Positions 20,314 to 31,071 of a stretch of DNA of 64,000 bases are shown here, piece by piece. The position numbers and the translations under genes are program-made. The notes below the pieces were generated by a model. The model worked only from the letters and a program-made list of their open reading frames with translations. It ran no database searches and was not told the origin of the DNA. Within the stretch, counting starts at the first letter, position 1, and each line of letters begins with the position of its first letter. Origin of the DNA: an uncultured Erysipelotrichaceae bacterium (GTDB taxonomy: Bacteria; Bacillota_I; Bacilli_A; Erysipelotrichales; Erysipelotrichaceae); contig CAMCSA010000003.1 in NCBI GenBank assembly GCA_945877405.1, forward strand, positions 20,989 through 84,988. The letters are read 5' to 3'.

Positions 20314-20319
20314 ATTGTA
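20314..20319 (-). promoter_or_regulatory. -10 box TACAAT 7 nt before the ATG at 20306 (leaderless-type)
   Basis: The minus strand reads tttTACAATtttcagcATG. Confidence 0.45.
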
Positions 20320-20409
20320 AAACAGAAATGAACAGATGAAAAGCAGAAATCATAACAGATGACACAACTGTAAGACTTTCGTATTCCTTTTTCTGTACTC
20401 TGTGTTACA

Positions 20410-20703
20410 ATGAGCCACGGTACGGATATGATCAATACAATCGTGAATCTGAATGAAATACAGTATGAAACAGTGGAATGTAGTCATCTGCTCGATTCCA
20501 TTTCAAAAAGAGGGATTGCCATTCCGGTACAGGTAAACCGGATGGATGGTGGATATCAATGCGTGGATGGAAATGCACGGCTGTCCGCATGTGCTCTTCT
20601 TTCTATGCAGGATACCCGTTTTACAAGGATTCCGGTGATGATCCTTAACGATTACTCCAAGGCAGGAAGTGCCTTCTGGGGAAATACACAGAACAAACAT
20701 TAA
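20410..20703 (+). CDS. Stand-alone ParB N-terminal-domain-like (ParB/Srx fold) mini-protein; start 20410 or 20428
   Basis: LLDSISKRGIAIPVQVNRMDGGYQCVDGNARLSACALL resembles the ParBc core (SI...G...P..V....Y...DG..R..A). There is no DNA-binding or dimerisation domain. Confidence 0.5.
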   Translation: MSHGTDMINTIVNLNEIQYETVECSHLLDSISKRGIAIPVQVNRMDGGYQCVDGNARLSACALLSMQDTRFTRIPVMILNDYSKAGSAFWGNTQNKH

Positions 20704-20722
20704 TAAATAAAGGAAACATTTG

Positions 20723-21457
20723 ATGGAAAGATTACAGAAAGTCATAGCTCAGGCTGGGATTGCATCCAGGCGTAAGGCAGAGGAGCTGATTGCTCAGGGA
20801 AAAGTAAAAGTAAACGGGAAAACGGTACGCCAGATGGGGGTACAGGTTTCTTCCAGTGATACAGTAGAAGTCAATGGAGTAGAAATCGGCAAGGAACAGA
20901 AAGTCTATTTTCTGTTCAATAAGCCGAAGAAGTGTGTATGCACTGTCAATGATGATAAAGACCGGGAAACTGTCATGGATTATTTCACGGATGTAAAAGA
21001 AAGAATCTTCCCGGTTGGAAGACTGGATTATGAAACGACTGGTCTTTTGATCATGACAAATGATGGTGAATTTGCCAATCTGATGATGCATCCAAGAAAC
21101 CATATTCATAAAACATATGAAGTAGCAGTAAAAGGGGTCATCACAGATGATATGTGCAGAATGCTGGAAAACGGAATTCAGCTGGAAGATGGAAAGACTC
21201 TTCCTTCTGAAGTCATTGTCCTGCAGCGCAGCAGAAAGAAAAACAGAACGGTTCTGCAGATTACCATTCAGGAAGGAAGAAACAGACAGGTTAGAAGAAT
21301 GATGGAATTCTTCCATTGTGAAGTTACCCGTCTGAACCGTATTCAGTATGAATTATTGGATCTGGGTCAGTTACGACAGGGACAATACCGCAGACTGCGC
21401 TCGTATGAAGTGCGCAAGCTCAAAAACATTGCAAATGCAAATCTGGAAAAAGAATGA
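20723..21457 (+). CDS. rluB: 23S rRNA pseudouridine synthase, RluB/RsuA family
   Basis: S4 domain (ERLQKVIAQAGIASRRKAEELIAQGKVKVNGK) and catalytic GRLDYETTGLLIMTNDG. Confidence 0.9.
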   Translation: MERLQKVIAQAGIASRRKAEELIAQGKVKVNGKTVRQMGVQVSSSDTVEVNGVEIGKEQKVYFLFNKPKKCVCTVNDDKDRETVMDYFTDVKERIFPVGRLDYETTGLLIMTNDGEFANLMMHPRNHIHKTYEVAVKGVITDDMCRMLENGIQLEDGKTLPSEVIVLQRSRKKNRTVLQITIQEGRNRQVRRMMEFFHCEVTRLNRIQYELLDLGQLRQGQYRRLRSYEVRKLKNIANANLEKE

Positions 21458-21489
21458 CAATGTGGCATGTAAAATACCACATTGTTTTT
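21457..21489 (+). terminator. Intrinsic terminator after rluB
   Basis: Stem ACAATGTGG/CCACATTGT followed by T5. Confidence 0.7.
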
Positions 21490-21545
21490 CATGAAAGAAG
21501 TGATGAAATACTCTTTTCAGATCATGGAAATCATTTGAAGATTCA

Positions 21546-21570
21546 GAAAAAAAACACCTGAACAGGTGTT
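21546..21570 (-). terminator. Terminator after rqcH
   Basis: Stem ACACCT/AGGTGT with a T-run on the minus strand. Confidence 0.5.
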
Positions 21571-23228
21571 TATCGGACTGGTATGCCATAGGAAACAAGT
21601 GTTTCTTCATCCGGATCGATATAGATGGTACGATAGGATCCAAGCTGTACCATCCCGGGACGGGCTCCAGGTATTTTTTTCAGATTTCTGATCGGGCACC
21701 AGTTGATGGGAACAGAAGAGGACATCCTGCCTTTGGAAAACCATGCGGCAATCATAGCTCCAATGCGGATTGTTACTTCATCCGGATGTTCCTCATGAAT
21801 GACGACATGGGAACCATGATAGTCTTTGGCGTGCATCCAGATCTCATTCTTTTTTGCTAGGTGCCAAGTGATTTCATCATTTTGCAGATTGTTTCTGCCA
21901 TAGCTGATCTTTGTACCACTAGCAAGGGTAACAGTCGTGACATGAGGAGCTGCCTTTGCTTTTTTCTTTTTTGACTTACGGCTGTTCTTCTTTCTTTTTT
22001 GTTCGAGATATCCAAGTCTGATAAGTTCATCAACGATTTCAGTTGTCGTATCAAAATCGGCCTGTTCCAGCTGTTCACTGATACCAGTAAAATAACTGAT
22101 TTCATTACGGCAGATTTCAATCTGCTCCTTCATGTAAACCTGTCCTTTTTTCAGCTTGCTGTATTTGTTGTAATGCTTTGCTGCATTGTGGGGTCCATCC
22201 AGTTTTGGATCCAAAGGAACGACGATGTTCGAGTCATCTTCATATGACTTCAGACTGATGGATTTCATGCCTTTGGTATCCTGAATGCCATAGGTATAAA
22301 GCAGATCGCCATAGATGCGATACTGATCGCAGTCTTTTGCATCATCCAGTTCCTTTAACAGTCTTGGCAGCTTGTTTTCCTGATGTTTCAGCTCATTTTT
22401 GACAAAACGGAAGACATCTCCATTCATCTGACGGATTCTTTCTTTTTCTTCGCGATGGTAATACAGAACATCAAATCCTTCAAACAGATCATATTTTCTG
22501 CATGTACCAAGATGGGTTAACGGTATGCAGTGAAACTGAGGTTCGCCATCGTTTTCGTATACATAAAGTCCTGTGGAAGTTCTGATTTCTTCCATGATGG
22601 AAGAAAATGGTTGTCCATGAGCCATCCTGTATTCCACTTCCCTGGAAAGAAATGGAGAAAAACCGCCAAACTGTTTTGTCAATGACAGATCCGGATCCAC
22701 AATCTGGCTTGTAAACGGATCTTTCTTTTCCTGGGGTGGCACTGGTACAAACTGTGCTCCTGGATGAATGGTTCTTCTTGCATTTTCAAAAGGAGGTATC
22801 CGTTTTAGTGCATCGATGATTCTTCCATCTTCTCCAACAAGAATGACATTGGCATATTTGCCCATCAGCTCCACGTACATTTTCAGTGTTTCACGATCAC
22901 CAAGGTTATTGTGACGTGTGATGGTAAGTGTACACCATCGATCCAGATCCGCCTGTTGCAGTGATTCAATCACACCACCCTCCACATATTTCCGCAAAAC
23001 CATGACAAAGTTGCCCGGTTCCAAAGGGGTAGGGTAATTACGGTCTGTTAACAGAAGTCTGTTATATACAGAGTGTGTGGAAATCAGAAGCTGTTGCTTG
23101 CCATGACTTCCATGAACCTGAAACAGCAGTTCTGTTGCGGATATATTCCATATTTTCTGGATGCGCAATGGCAGATGATCTGCGATCTGCGGTACGATCC
23201 GATTGAGTAAAATTCCATCTAAAGCCAT
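21570..23228 (-). CDS. rqcH: Ribosome quality-control NFACT protein RqcH (fibronectin-binding protein A family)
   Basis: N-terminus MALDGILLN (NFACT-N) and C-terminal NFACT-R/DUF814 motif DYHGSHVVI. Start taken at M8 of the track ORF, which is preceded by GGAAAAGGA. Confidence 0.85.
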   Translation of the reverse strand: MALDGILLNRIVPQIADHLPLRIQKIWNISATELLFQVHGSHGKQQLLISTHSVYNRLLLTDRNYPTPLEPGNFVMVLRKYVEGGVIESLQQADLDRWCTLTITRHNNLGDRETLKMYVELMGKYANVILVGEDGRIIDALKRIPPFENARRTIHPGAQFVPVPPQEKKDPFTSQIVDPDLSLTKQFGGFSPFLSREVEYRMAHGQPFSSIMEEIRTSTGLYVYENDGEPQFHCIPLTHLGTCRKYDLFEGFDVLYYHREEKERIRQMNGDVFRFVKNELKHQENKLPRLLKELDDAKDCDQYRIYGDLLYTYGIQDTKGMKSISLKSYEDDSNIVVPLDPKLDGPHNAAKHYNKYSKLKKGQVYMKEQIEICRNEISYFTGISEQLEQADFDTTTEIVDELIRLGYLEQKRKKNSRKSKKKKAKAAPHVTTVTLASGTKISYGRNNLQNDEITWHLAKKNEIWMHAKDYHGSHVVIHEEHPDEVTIRIGAMIAAWFSKGRMSSSVPINWCPIRNLKKIPGARPGMVQLGSYRTIYIDPDEETLVSYGIPVR

Positions 23229-23317
23229 AAGTTTTTTCCTTTTCCGCATGCTATTGTAACATGATTGACGCTTTTGGAAATAAAGAGTATGCTGTTAACA
23301 TGCTAAAGGGGGAACTC

Positions 23318-23893
23318 ATGTCCAAAAGAGGTTTACTGATCGTATTAAGTGGTCCATCCGGTGTCGGTAAGGGAACCATTCTGAAGGAATTTGTCAACGA
23401 TCCGGCTTTGAAACTTGCCTATTCTGTATCCATGACAACACGCAACAGACGTCCAGGAGAAGTGGACGGTGTCAATTACTATTTCGTAACACGGGAAGAA
23501 TTCGAAAAAGCACGTGATCATGGAGAACTGCTTGAATCTGCTGAATTTGTCGGCAATTACTATGGCACACCGCTCAAGGAAGTAGAAAAACTCCGTAATC
23601 AGGGAAAGAATGTCATTCTGGAAATTGAAGTGCAGGGATGCATGCAGGTAACGGAAAAGGTGAAGGATGCATTGACAATCTTCATTGTACCGCCAAGCAT
23701 GGAAGAACTTGAAAAAAGAATCAGAGGACGTGCAACGGAACCGGAAGAAATCATTCAGGAAAGAATTGCCAAGGCAGCGCGTGAAATGGAACTGATCGGA
23801 AACTACAAATATGTTGTATGTAATGACGATCCGAAGCTTGCTGCGGACATTATTCGTGTCATTATTCACCGTTACATGGAATCCAATATCTGA
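23318..23893 (+). CDS. gmk: Guanylate kinase
   Basis: LIVLSGPSGVGKGT P-loop and TTRNRRPGEVDGVNYYF. SD AAGGGGGA before ATG 23318. Confidence 0.95.
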   Translation: MSKRGLLIVLSGPSGVGKGTILKEFVNDPALKLAYSVSMTTRNRRPGEVDGVNYYFVTREEFEKARDHGELLESAEFVGNYYGTPLKEVEKLRNQGKNVILEIEVQGCMQVTEKVKDALTIFIVPPSMEELEKRIRGRATEPEEIIQERIAKAAREMELIGNYKYVVCNDDPKLAADIIRVIIHRYMESNI

Positions 23894-23919
23894 AATCGCA
23901 TGCAGATGCGGTTTTTTTC
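23893..23919 (+). terminator. Intrinsic terminator after gmk
   Basis: Stem TCGCAT/ATGCGG followed by T7. Confidence 0.6.
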
Positions 23920-23970
23920 TTTCCTGTGTGGTATGATAATTGTCAGTTATAAATAACGGAGGCAACATCT

Positions 23971-25101
23971 ATGTTAGCAAAAGACTGTAAGAAAAAGATC
24001 ATTCTGACAGGGGATCGACCAACCGGAAAACTGCACCTTGGCCACTATGTAGGCTCATTGCAGAGAAGAGTCGCTCTGCAGAATTCTGGTGAATACGATG
24101 AAATCTATATTCTGATCGCAGATGATCAGGCCCTGACGGATAACTGGGATAATCCGCAGAAGATCAGAGATAATATGATTGAAGTGGCTTTGGATTATCT
24201 TTCTGTCGGTATTGATCCTGCCAGATGTCATATCTGTGTGCAGTCCAATATTCCTGCATTACATGCATTGACATTCTATTATATGAATCTTGTCACAACA
24301 CAGCGTCTTTCCCGTAATCCTACTGTAAAGGCTGAAATGGCAATGAGAGGATTTTCCAACAGCGAATCCAATGATAATCAGGCTGGATTGCCTGCCGGAT
24401 TCTTTACATATCCGGTATCTCAGGCAGCTGATATTACTGCCTTCAAGGCAACAACGGTTCCGGTTGGCGAAGATCAGGAACCGATGATTGAACAGACAAG
24501 AGAAATTGTCCGTAAATTCAATTCCACATATCAGAACGATATTCTTGTAGAACCGGAAATCCTGTTACCGGAGCTGCAGTCTCAAAGAAGACTTCCAGGC
24601 ACGGATGGTAAGGCAAAGATGTCCAAATCTCTTGGCAACTGCATCTATCTGTCTGATGATGAAAAGACAGTCAAGCAGAAAGTCATGGGCATGTATACCG
24701 ATCCGCTCCATGTTAATGTATCGGATCCTGGCCATGTGGAAGGTAATATGGTATTCACATATCTTGATGCTTTCTGCAGACCGGAACATTTCGAAAGATT
24801 CCTTCCGGAATATGAAAACCTCGATGCTTTAAAGGATCATTACAGAGCTGGTGGTCTTGGTGATGTCAAATGCAAGAAGTTCCTGATCAAAGTACTGGAA
24901 GACATGCTTGCTCCAATCAGAGCAGAACGAGCAAAGTGGGCTGCTGATCTGCCTGCTGTATACAGAATCCTCAAGGAAGGAACGGAAGCAGCAGTACAGA
25001 CAACAAACCGTACTCTTGCGGAAGTGACTGCCGCAATGAAGGTAAACTATTTTGCGGATGAAACGATCATCGATGAATGGGATCGCTGGATTCGTCAGTA
25101 A
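23971..25101 (+). CDS. trpS: Tryptophan--tRNA ligase (long, ~376-aa form)
   Basis: HIGH-type motif [13 protein letters not shown], and class Ic Trp-type core ([14 protein letters not shown]). Confidence 0.9.
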   Translation: MLAKDCKKKIILTGDRPTGKLHLGHYVGSLQRRVALQNSGEYDEIYILIADDQALTDNWDNPQKIRDNMIEVALDYLSVGIDPARCHICVQSNIPALHALTFYYMNLVTTQRLSRNPTVKAEMAMRGFSNSESNDNQAGLPAGFFTYPVSQAADITAFKATTVPVGEDQEPMIEQTREIVRKFNSTYQNDILVEPEILLPELQSQRRLPGTDGKAKMSKSLGNCIYLSDDEKTVKQKVMGMYTDPLHVNVSDPGHVEGNMVFTYLDAFCRPEHFERFLPEYENLDALKDHYRAGGLGDVKCKKFLIKVLEDMLAPIRAERAKWAADLPAVYRILKEGTEAAVQTTNRTLAEVTAAMKVNYFADETIIDEWDRWIRQ

Positions 25102-25112
25102 TATATGGTAAG

Positions 25113-25139
25113 ATACAGGAAGAGATTCCTGTATTTTTA
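25113..25139 (+). terminator. Intrinsic terminator after trpS
   Basis: Stem ATACAGGA/TCCTGTAT followed by T5. Confidence 0.75.
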
Positions 25140-25153
25140 TGGTGTGAAAGAAT

Positions 25154-25690
25154 ATGAAAAGAAGATGCAGCTGGTGTAACATGGAAAATCCACTATATGT
25201 ACACTACCATGACCATGTATGGGGTGTACCGGAACATGATGATCAGAAACTGTTTGAGATGCTCGTTCTGGAAGGATTTCAGGCAGGACTGAGCTGGGAA
25301 ACGATTCTGAATCGGAAGATGGCTTTTGAAAAGGCTTTTGATGGGTTTGTGATTGAAACAGTTGCTGGCTACGATGAAGAAAAAACGGAAGCTTTGATGA
25401 AGGATGCATCGATCATCCGCAACCGCAGAAAGATTGAAGCTGCGATTATAAATGCCAGGATCATTCTTGCAATTCAGAAAGAATATGGCAGTTTTGATGC
25501 GTGGCTCTGGTCATTTACCGATGGTAAGACAATACGGAATCATAACCCTGTCAGCTCTCCTTTATCGGACATAGTTTCAAAACAGATGAAACAGATGGGA
25601 ATGAAGTTTACAGGTACAGTGATCATCCAGTCGTTTCTGATGGCAGTTGGCATCATCAATGGACATGAAGAACAATGTGAATGGAGGTAA
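25154..25690 (+). CDS. tag: DNA-3-methyladenine glycosylase I
   Basis: RCSWC ... YHDHVWGVPEHDDQKLFEML ... LSWETIL, typical of Tag. Confidence 0.9.
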   Translation: MKRRCSWCNMENPLYVHYHDHVWGVPEHDDQKLFEMLVLEGFQAGLSWETILNRKMAFEKAFDGFVIETVAGYDEEKTEALMKDASIIRNRRKIEAAIINARIILAIQKEYGSFDAWLWSFTDGKTIRNHNPVSSPLSDIVSKQMKQMGMKFTGTVIIQSFLMAVGIINGHEEQCEWR

Positions 25691-26361
25691 TGATGATACG
25701 TGGTGTAATCTTTGACATGGACGGGCTTTTAGCAGATACGGAGCCTGTCTACTATGAAATCTTTAAACAGATACTTGGTGAATACGGATATCCATTATCC
25801 TTGTCAGAATATACTTCTCATATATGTGGAAGAGCAGATATGGAAAACTTCGCATATCTGATTGAACACTACCAGCTTCCGCTTGCAGTCAATGATCTGG
25901 CCGCAAAAGAAGCCATCATTGAAAGAAACAGAATTCGCCAGGGCGTTCCATTAAAAAAAGGAGTCCATGAAATCCTGTCGTTTCTCAAAGAAAATGACAT
26001 TCGTATCGGCCTGGCTACATCCAATCTCAAGGAAAAGGCAGAACTGATTCTGCACAGCCATGGCATTTATGATCTATTTGAAACACTTGTCTTTGTCGAT
26101 GAAGTCGGGAAAGGGAAACCTGCTCCGGATGTATTTATTGAAGCTGCACGCAGACTGAACCTGCCTGTAGAACAATGCCTTGTTCTGGAAGATTCCTGTT
26201 CAGGTGTGCAGGCAGCAGTCAATGGTCATATTCCGGTCATCATGGTACCGGATCTCAAACAGCCGGATGATGATATCCGATCCATCTGTACAGATATTAG
26301 AAAGGACCTGATCGAAGTCAGGGATTATATTGCGTATGTCAATCAGATCCATGTTATATGA
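25690..26361 (+). CDS. HAD-superfamily hydrolase (beta-phosphoglucomutase/phosphatase subfamily IA)
   Basis: VIFDMDGLLADTE (DxDG), LATSN, GKGKPAPDVF, EDSCSGVQAA. GGAGG SD; TAATG overlap with tag. Confidence 0.85.
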   Translation: MMIRGVIFDMDGLLADTEPVYYEIFKQILGEYGYPLSLSEYTSHICGRADMENFAYLIEHYQLPLAVNDLAAKEAIIERNRIRQGVPLKKGVHEILSFLKENDIRIGLATSNLKEKAELILHSHGIYDLFETLVFVDEVGKGKPAPDVFIEAARRLNLPVEQCLVLEDSCSGVQAAVNGHIPVIMVPDLKQPDDDIRSICTDIRKDLIEVRDYIAYVNQIHVI

Positions 26362-26842
26362 TTCACCTGTCGGCACACTATGCATCAGAGCTGATGAAAT
26401 CGGGATTACGGAAATCAGTTTTGATGGAACATGTCAGATGCAGGACAGCGATCCACTTCTGAACAGGTGTGTGGAAATATTGGATGCATACTTTCACAAA
26501 GGAAGGATGCAGGCAACACTTCCTGTTCATCTGATTGGTGGTACATCATTTCAAAGAAACGTATGGAAGCTGCTATGTGATATCCCATATGGTACAACAG
26601 TTTCCTATCTGTATCTTGCAAGGAAAATATCCACCACCATGTCAGCCCAGGCAATCGGACAGGCAGTTCATAACAATCCGGTTTCCATCCTGATTCCATG
26701 CCACAGAGTCATTGGAAAAAACGGATCCATGACCGGTTATGGTGGGGGAATTGATCGGAAAGTATTTCTGCTTGAACTTGAAAAGGAAAAGCGCATTTTC
26801 AATATACAGATTGAAATACATACGGAAGGGGGAATTCAATGA
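26351..26842 (+). CDS. ogt: Methylated-DNA--protein-cysteine methyltransferase (start 26336 or 26351)
   Basis: Active-site IPCHRVIG and helix-turn-wing TVSYLYLARKI. Confidence 0.85.
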   Translation: MLYDSPVGTLCIRADEIGITEISFDGTCQMQDSDPLLNRCVEILDAYFHKGRMQATLPVHLIGGTSFQRNVWKLLCDIPYGTTVSYLYLARKISTTMSAQAIGQAVHNNPVSILIPCHRVIGKNGSMTGYGGGIDRKVFLLELEKEKRIFNIQIEIHTEGGIQ

Positions 26843-27441
26843 TATCTGATCGATTGCGTATTTCTTATATAACTGCAGTTACACTGTTTCTGGCATCAGG
26901 CTTTCAGGCTTTTGGTATGTATCATGTACATGCTGCGGCAGGGATCACTGAAGGCGGCATCTTTGGTGCATTACTGTTACTCAACCACTGGTTTGCCTTA
27001 TCGCCGGCACTGACTTCCATTATTCTAAATGGAACATGTTATCTTTGGGGCTGGAAAAGACTTGGACATACATTCATATTGAAGTCGCTGATTGCATCTG
27101 CAGGCTATTCTGTCGTATATGCAATATGCGAGCAGTTTCCACCAATATGGCCTCAGATTGCTGATCATCCATTCCTTGCATCAATTACAGGAGCGTTCTT
27201 CATCGGGATTGGAGCCGGGGTGTGTGTCAGACATGGTGGAGCAACAAGCGGGGATGATGCTCTTGCCATGTCCATTCGTGATATGAGTGGAATTCCCGTT
27301 GAAAGGATTTATCTGACATCGGATCTTATCGTACTTATCCTTTCATTATCCTATATTCCTTTTACAAAGATCATCTGGTCACTGCTTACTGTAATTATTT
27401 CCGGTCAGATCATCGGATGGTTTCAGAAATCGGATTCTTAA
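26839..27441 (+). CDS. YczE/YyaS/YitT-family membrane protein
   Basis: Five to six TM helices plus GGATSGDDALAM motif. ATGA overlap with ogt. Confidence 0.7.
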   Translation: MISDRLRISYITAVTLFLASGFQAFGMYHVHAAAGITEGGIFGALLLLNHWFALSPALTSIILNGTCYLWGWKRLGHTFILKSLIASAGYSVVYAICEQFPPIWPQIADHPFLASITGAFFIGIGAGVCVRHGGATSGDDALAMSIRDMSGIPVERIYLTSDLIVLILSLSYIPFTKIIWSLLTVIISGQIIGWFQKSDS

Positions 27442-28348
<907 letters not shown>

Positions 28349-28372
28349 ACCTTTTTTCCTTAGTGAGTAAAC

Positions 28373-28399
28373 AAAAAAACCGTATTTCTACGGTTTTTT
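28373..28399. terminator. Bidirectional terminator (serves rpsD on the minus strand)
   Basis: A7-ACCGTA-TTTC-TACGGT-T6. Confidence 0.7.
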
Positions 28400-28408
28400 C
28401 TGCATCGA

Positions 28409-29011
28409 TTAACGGTTGTAGTATTCGACGACGAGGGATTCGTTGATTTCCTGATTGAGTTCGTTTCTTTCAGGAGTTCTCAGATATGTTCCCTTCTTGT
28501 TTTCCTTGTCTACTTCAACAAAGGCTGGAGTGGAAATGCATCCTTCCAGAGATTCGTTGATGACAGCGAAGTTTCTTGCGTTTTCACGAACAGCAATCAC
28601 CTGACCCGGCTTGATTTCAGCACTTGGGATGTCAAGCTTCTTGCCGTCAACTTCGATATGACCGTGGTTGACAAGCTGTCTTGCAGCCTTACGTGTCTTC
28701 GCAAAGCCCATACGGTAAACCAGGTTATCCAGTCTGCTTTCCAGCAGTACAAGGAAGTTTACACCTGCCATACCATCCATCTTGGATGCCTTGGCAAACA
28801 GATTTGCGAACTGTCTTTCATTCAGACCGTACATGATACGGATTCTCTGCTTTTCGCGGAGCTGTGTTCCGTAACCACTTAATTTGATGCGCTTTGTTGG
28901 TCCATGCTGACCAGGAGCATAAGTTCTCTTCTTAAGCTCTTCACCTGTTTCAAGAACGGAGAAGGAAAGACGTCTAGCCTTCTTCCATACAGGTCCTGTG
29001 TAACGTGCCAT
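28409..29011 (-). CDS. rpsD: 30S ribosomal protein S4
   Basis: MARYTGPVWKKARRLSFS... full-length S4. Confidence 0.97.
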   Translation of the reverse strand: MARYTGPVWKKARRLSFSVLETGEELKKRTYAPGQHGPTKRIKLSGYGTQLREKQRIRIMYGLNERQFANLFAKASKMDGMAGVNFLVLLESRLDNLVYRMGFAKTRKAARQLVNHGHIEVDGKKLDIPSAEIKPGQVIAVRENARNFAVINESLEGCISTPAFVEVDKENKKGTYLRTPERNELNQEINESLVVEYYNR

Positions 29012-29179
29012 GTGTTATTTCCTCCTATATGACATTGGCGAAACAACAACAGGTACAGATCATCGATGCAGGGTGTTGTTATGGTGGTGTTCGCTGAATG
29101 CAGCTCAGTTACTTTCCCGACAGCTTTACTGTTAACAACGCCTGATGCATGACTCTGCAAGCTGCTATTATTTTCACGC
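29012..29179 (-). promoter_or_regulatory. Long (~168 nt) rpsD 5' leader, candidate S4 autoregulatory leader
   Basis: The promoter sits 168 nt upstream of the start codon. Firmicutes rpsD is known to be autoregulated through its leader. I did not verify the structure. Confidence 0.45.
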
Positions 29180-29185
29180 TGAAAT

Positions 29186-29214
29186 ATTATATGTGTAAAG
29201 TTTTTCAAAGTCAA
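29186..29214 (-). promoter_or_regulatory. rpsD promoter TTGACT-17-TATAAT
   Basis: The minus strand reads TTGACTttgaaaaactttacacaTATAAT. Confidence 0.7.
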
Positions 29215-29343
29215 TGCGTAAATCTTAATTTTATGCATAATTACGGCATCTGACGCTTAAGGAAAGGTTTTTGGATATGAATATGTATGTTCAAAACGGT
29301 GATTTTTTGATACTATTGTTCTGTGAATTGATAGAGGTGCCTG

Positions 29344-31071
29344 ATGAATAAGTTTTTAAGTGTTATCTCTGATATCAGAGTTGTCATAACAATAGCAGTA
29401 CTGGTCGTCATATTGACAATATGGCTGATCGTAGAAAAAGTCAGAACAAAACATGCAAGAGAAGAACTGGAAGAGCTGGAACAGAAATATAACGATATTA
29501 AAAGCGTTCCATTAACTGTCAAAATTACAAAGGCAAAAGCTCTTGCAAAGGGGAATTCAGAAACCGCTAAGAAGGCTACAGAGGCAGGCAGACTGTTTGA
29601 TCTGTCTCAATCAGCCATCGCCGGTATTTCCCAGCATATGGCAGAATGTGAAGATGCCATTCTTGTCGGACAGCTTCGTAAGGCTGATGAGATGCTTAGA
29701 AGTCTTGAAAAGGATATTACACTCACGGATAAGGAAGTGCATGAACTGGATGTCATGCTGGATGAGATTCTTGCCAAAGATAATAAGCAAAGACAGGATG
29801 CAACAAGTCTGAAAAACAGATTCCGTGCCTTGAAATCCAGTGCACAGGAGAATGCGGTCCGTCTGTCCTATTGCTGGGAATATGTGGAATCGAGAATCAG
29901 CGATACGGAAAAGATGTTTTCCACATTTGAAGACTGGACATTTTCCGGAGATTATGACAAGGCAGCAGCTGAGCTCAAGACAATTCAGGTCAACATGAAA
30001 GAAATTGATGACATTCTGATTCAGATGCCATCTCTTCTGGAAGATGGCAAGGGTGTCATCCCGAATCTGATTGAAACGCTGCGTAAAGATTTTTCCAGAT
30101 GCCGTGCCAAGGGTGTCTATCTCAAACATCTGGAAATTGAAAAGAATCTTTCTGTCATTGAAAAAATGGTGAATGATGACATGATTTCTCTAGCAACATG
30201 CAAGAGTGATGGTGTTGAAGAAAACTTTACGACATGCAAGGCAAGGCTGAATCAGATGATCGATGCACTGCGGAATGAAGCTGTTGCATATGATCAGATG
30301 AAGTCTGCATTCAAATCCACAAAGGAACTGTATGAACAGGCTGTAAACAACTATGAAGTTGTTGCCAAAGGACTGGATTCTTCATCCGTCAAGTTCGGAC
30401 TGGAAGGAATGGAGGCACAGCTGGAAAAGGATGCTGATGATCTGAAGACAATCGGTCCTCAGCTGTCCAAGTTTGCCAACAACAACGGTATTTATCAAAT
30501 GCCGGCAAGCTCTGTCATGTTATCCATGAATGAGTTGAAGACTTCACTTTCTGCATGTAATGATTCTCTTGTCTTCATGAGAAACAAACTACAGTCTGCA
30601 GTCAATGATGAAGACCGTGTCCGTAAGGAACTTGTCAAGCTGCAGATCATCATGAATCAGATGACTGTCAAAATTCGCAAATACAAGCTTCCAAACATTT
30701 CTGATACATTCCGTGAAGACATGGAACAGGCAGACCGGTATATTGATCAGCTGACAGGATTACTGGAACAGACACCGATCAACATTCAGGTAGTCTCATC
30801 CGTTCTGCAGGAAGCACTGGATTTCATTTACAGACTGTATAACAATGTCAACAATGTTGTCGGTACAGTTGTGATGGTTGAAAATACGATCGTATTCGGC
30901 AACAGATACCGTTCTACTTATGCTGATATCGATTCTGAACTGACAAGAAGTGAACTGTGTTTCCGTAATGGTGAATATACACAGGCTCTGACAACTGCAA
31001 TCGCAACCATTGAAAAGATTCATCCAGGCAACTATGAATCCATGATCAGGGAGAATGCAAAAGGCGCATGA
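29344..31071 (+). CDS. ezrA: Septation ring formation regulator EzrA
   Basis: N-terminal TM helix followed by a ~540-aa coiled-coil protein. The conserved position upstream of cysteine desulfurase-thiI matches Bacillus. Confidence 0.88.
   Translation: MNKFLSVISDIRVVITIAVLVVILTIWLIVEKVRTKHAREELEELEQKYNDIKSVPLTVKITKAKALAKGNSETAKKATEAGRLFDLSQSAIAGISQHMAECEDAILVGQLRKADEMLRSLEKDITLTDKEVHELDVMLDEILAKDNKQRQDATSLKNRFRALKSSAQENAVRLSYCWEYVESRISDTEKMFSTFEDWTFSGDYDKAAAELKTIQVNMKEIDDILIQMPSLLEDGKGVIPNLIETLRKDFSRCRAKGVYLKHLEIEKNLSVIEKMVNDDMISLATCKSDGVEENFTTCKARLNQMIDALRNEAVAYDQMKSAFKSTKELYEQAVNNYEVVAKGLDSSSVKFGLEGMEAQLEKDADDLKTIGPQLSKFANNNGIYQMPASSVMLSMNELKTSLSACNDSLVFMRNKLQSAVNDEDRVRKELVKLQIIMNQMTVKIRKYKLPNISDTFREDMEQADRYIDQLTGLLEQTPINIQVVSSVLQEALDFIYRLYNNVNNVVGTVVMVENTIVFGNRYRSTYADIDSELTRSELCFRNGEYTQALTTAIATIEKIHPGNYESMIRENAKGA

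Noticed and set aside
23894-23970. T-box leaders upstream of trpS (and of proS at 52121-52226)
   Set aside because: The intergenic regions are only about 77 and 106 nt. They contain no GGTGGTACC-type T-box sequence or specifier stem. Only valS has one.
28879-29238. 119-aa minus-strand ORF spanning the rpsD 5' region
   Set aside because: It runs through the rpsD promoter and leader and then out of frame into rpsD itself. The region is better explained as the long untranslated S4 leader.
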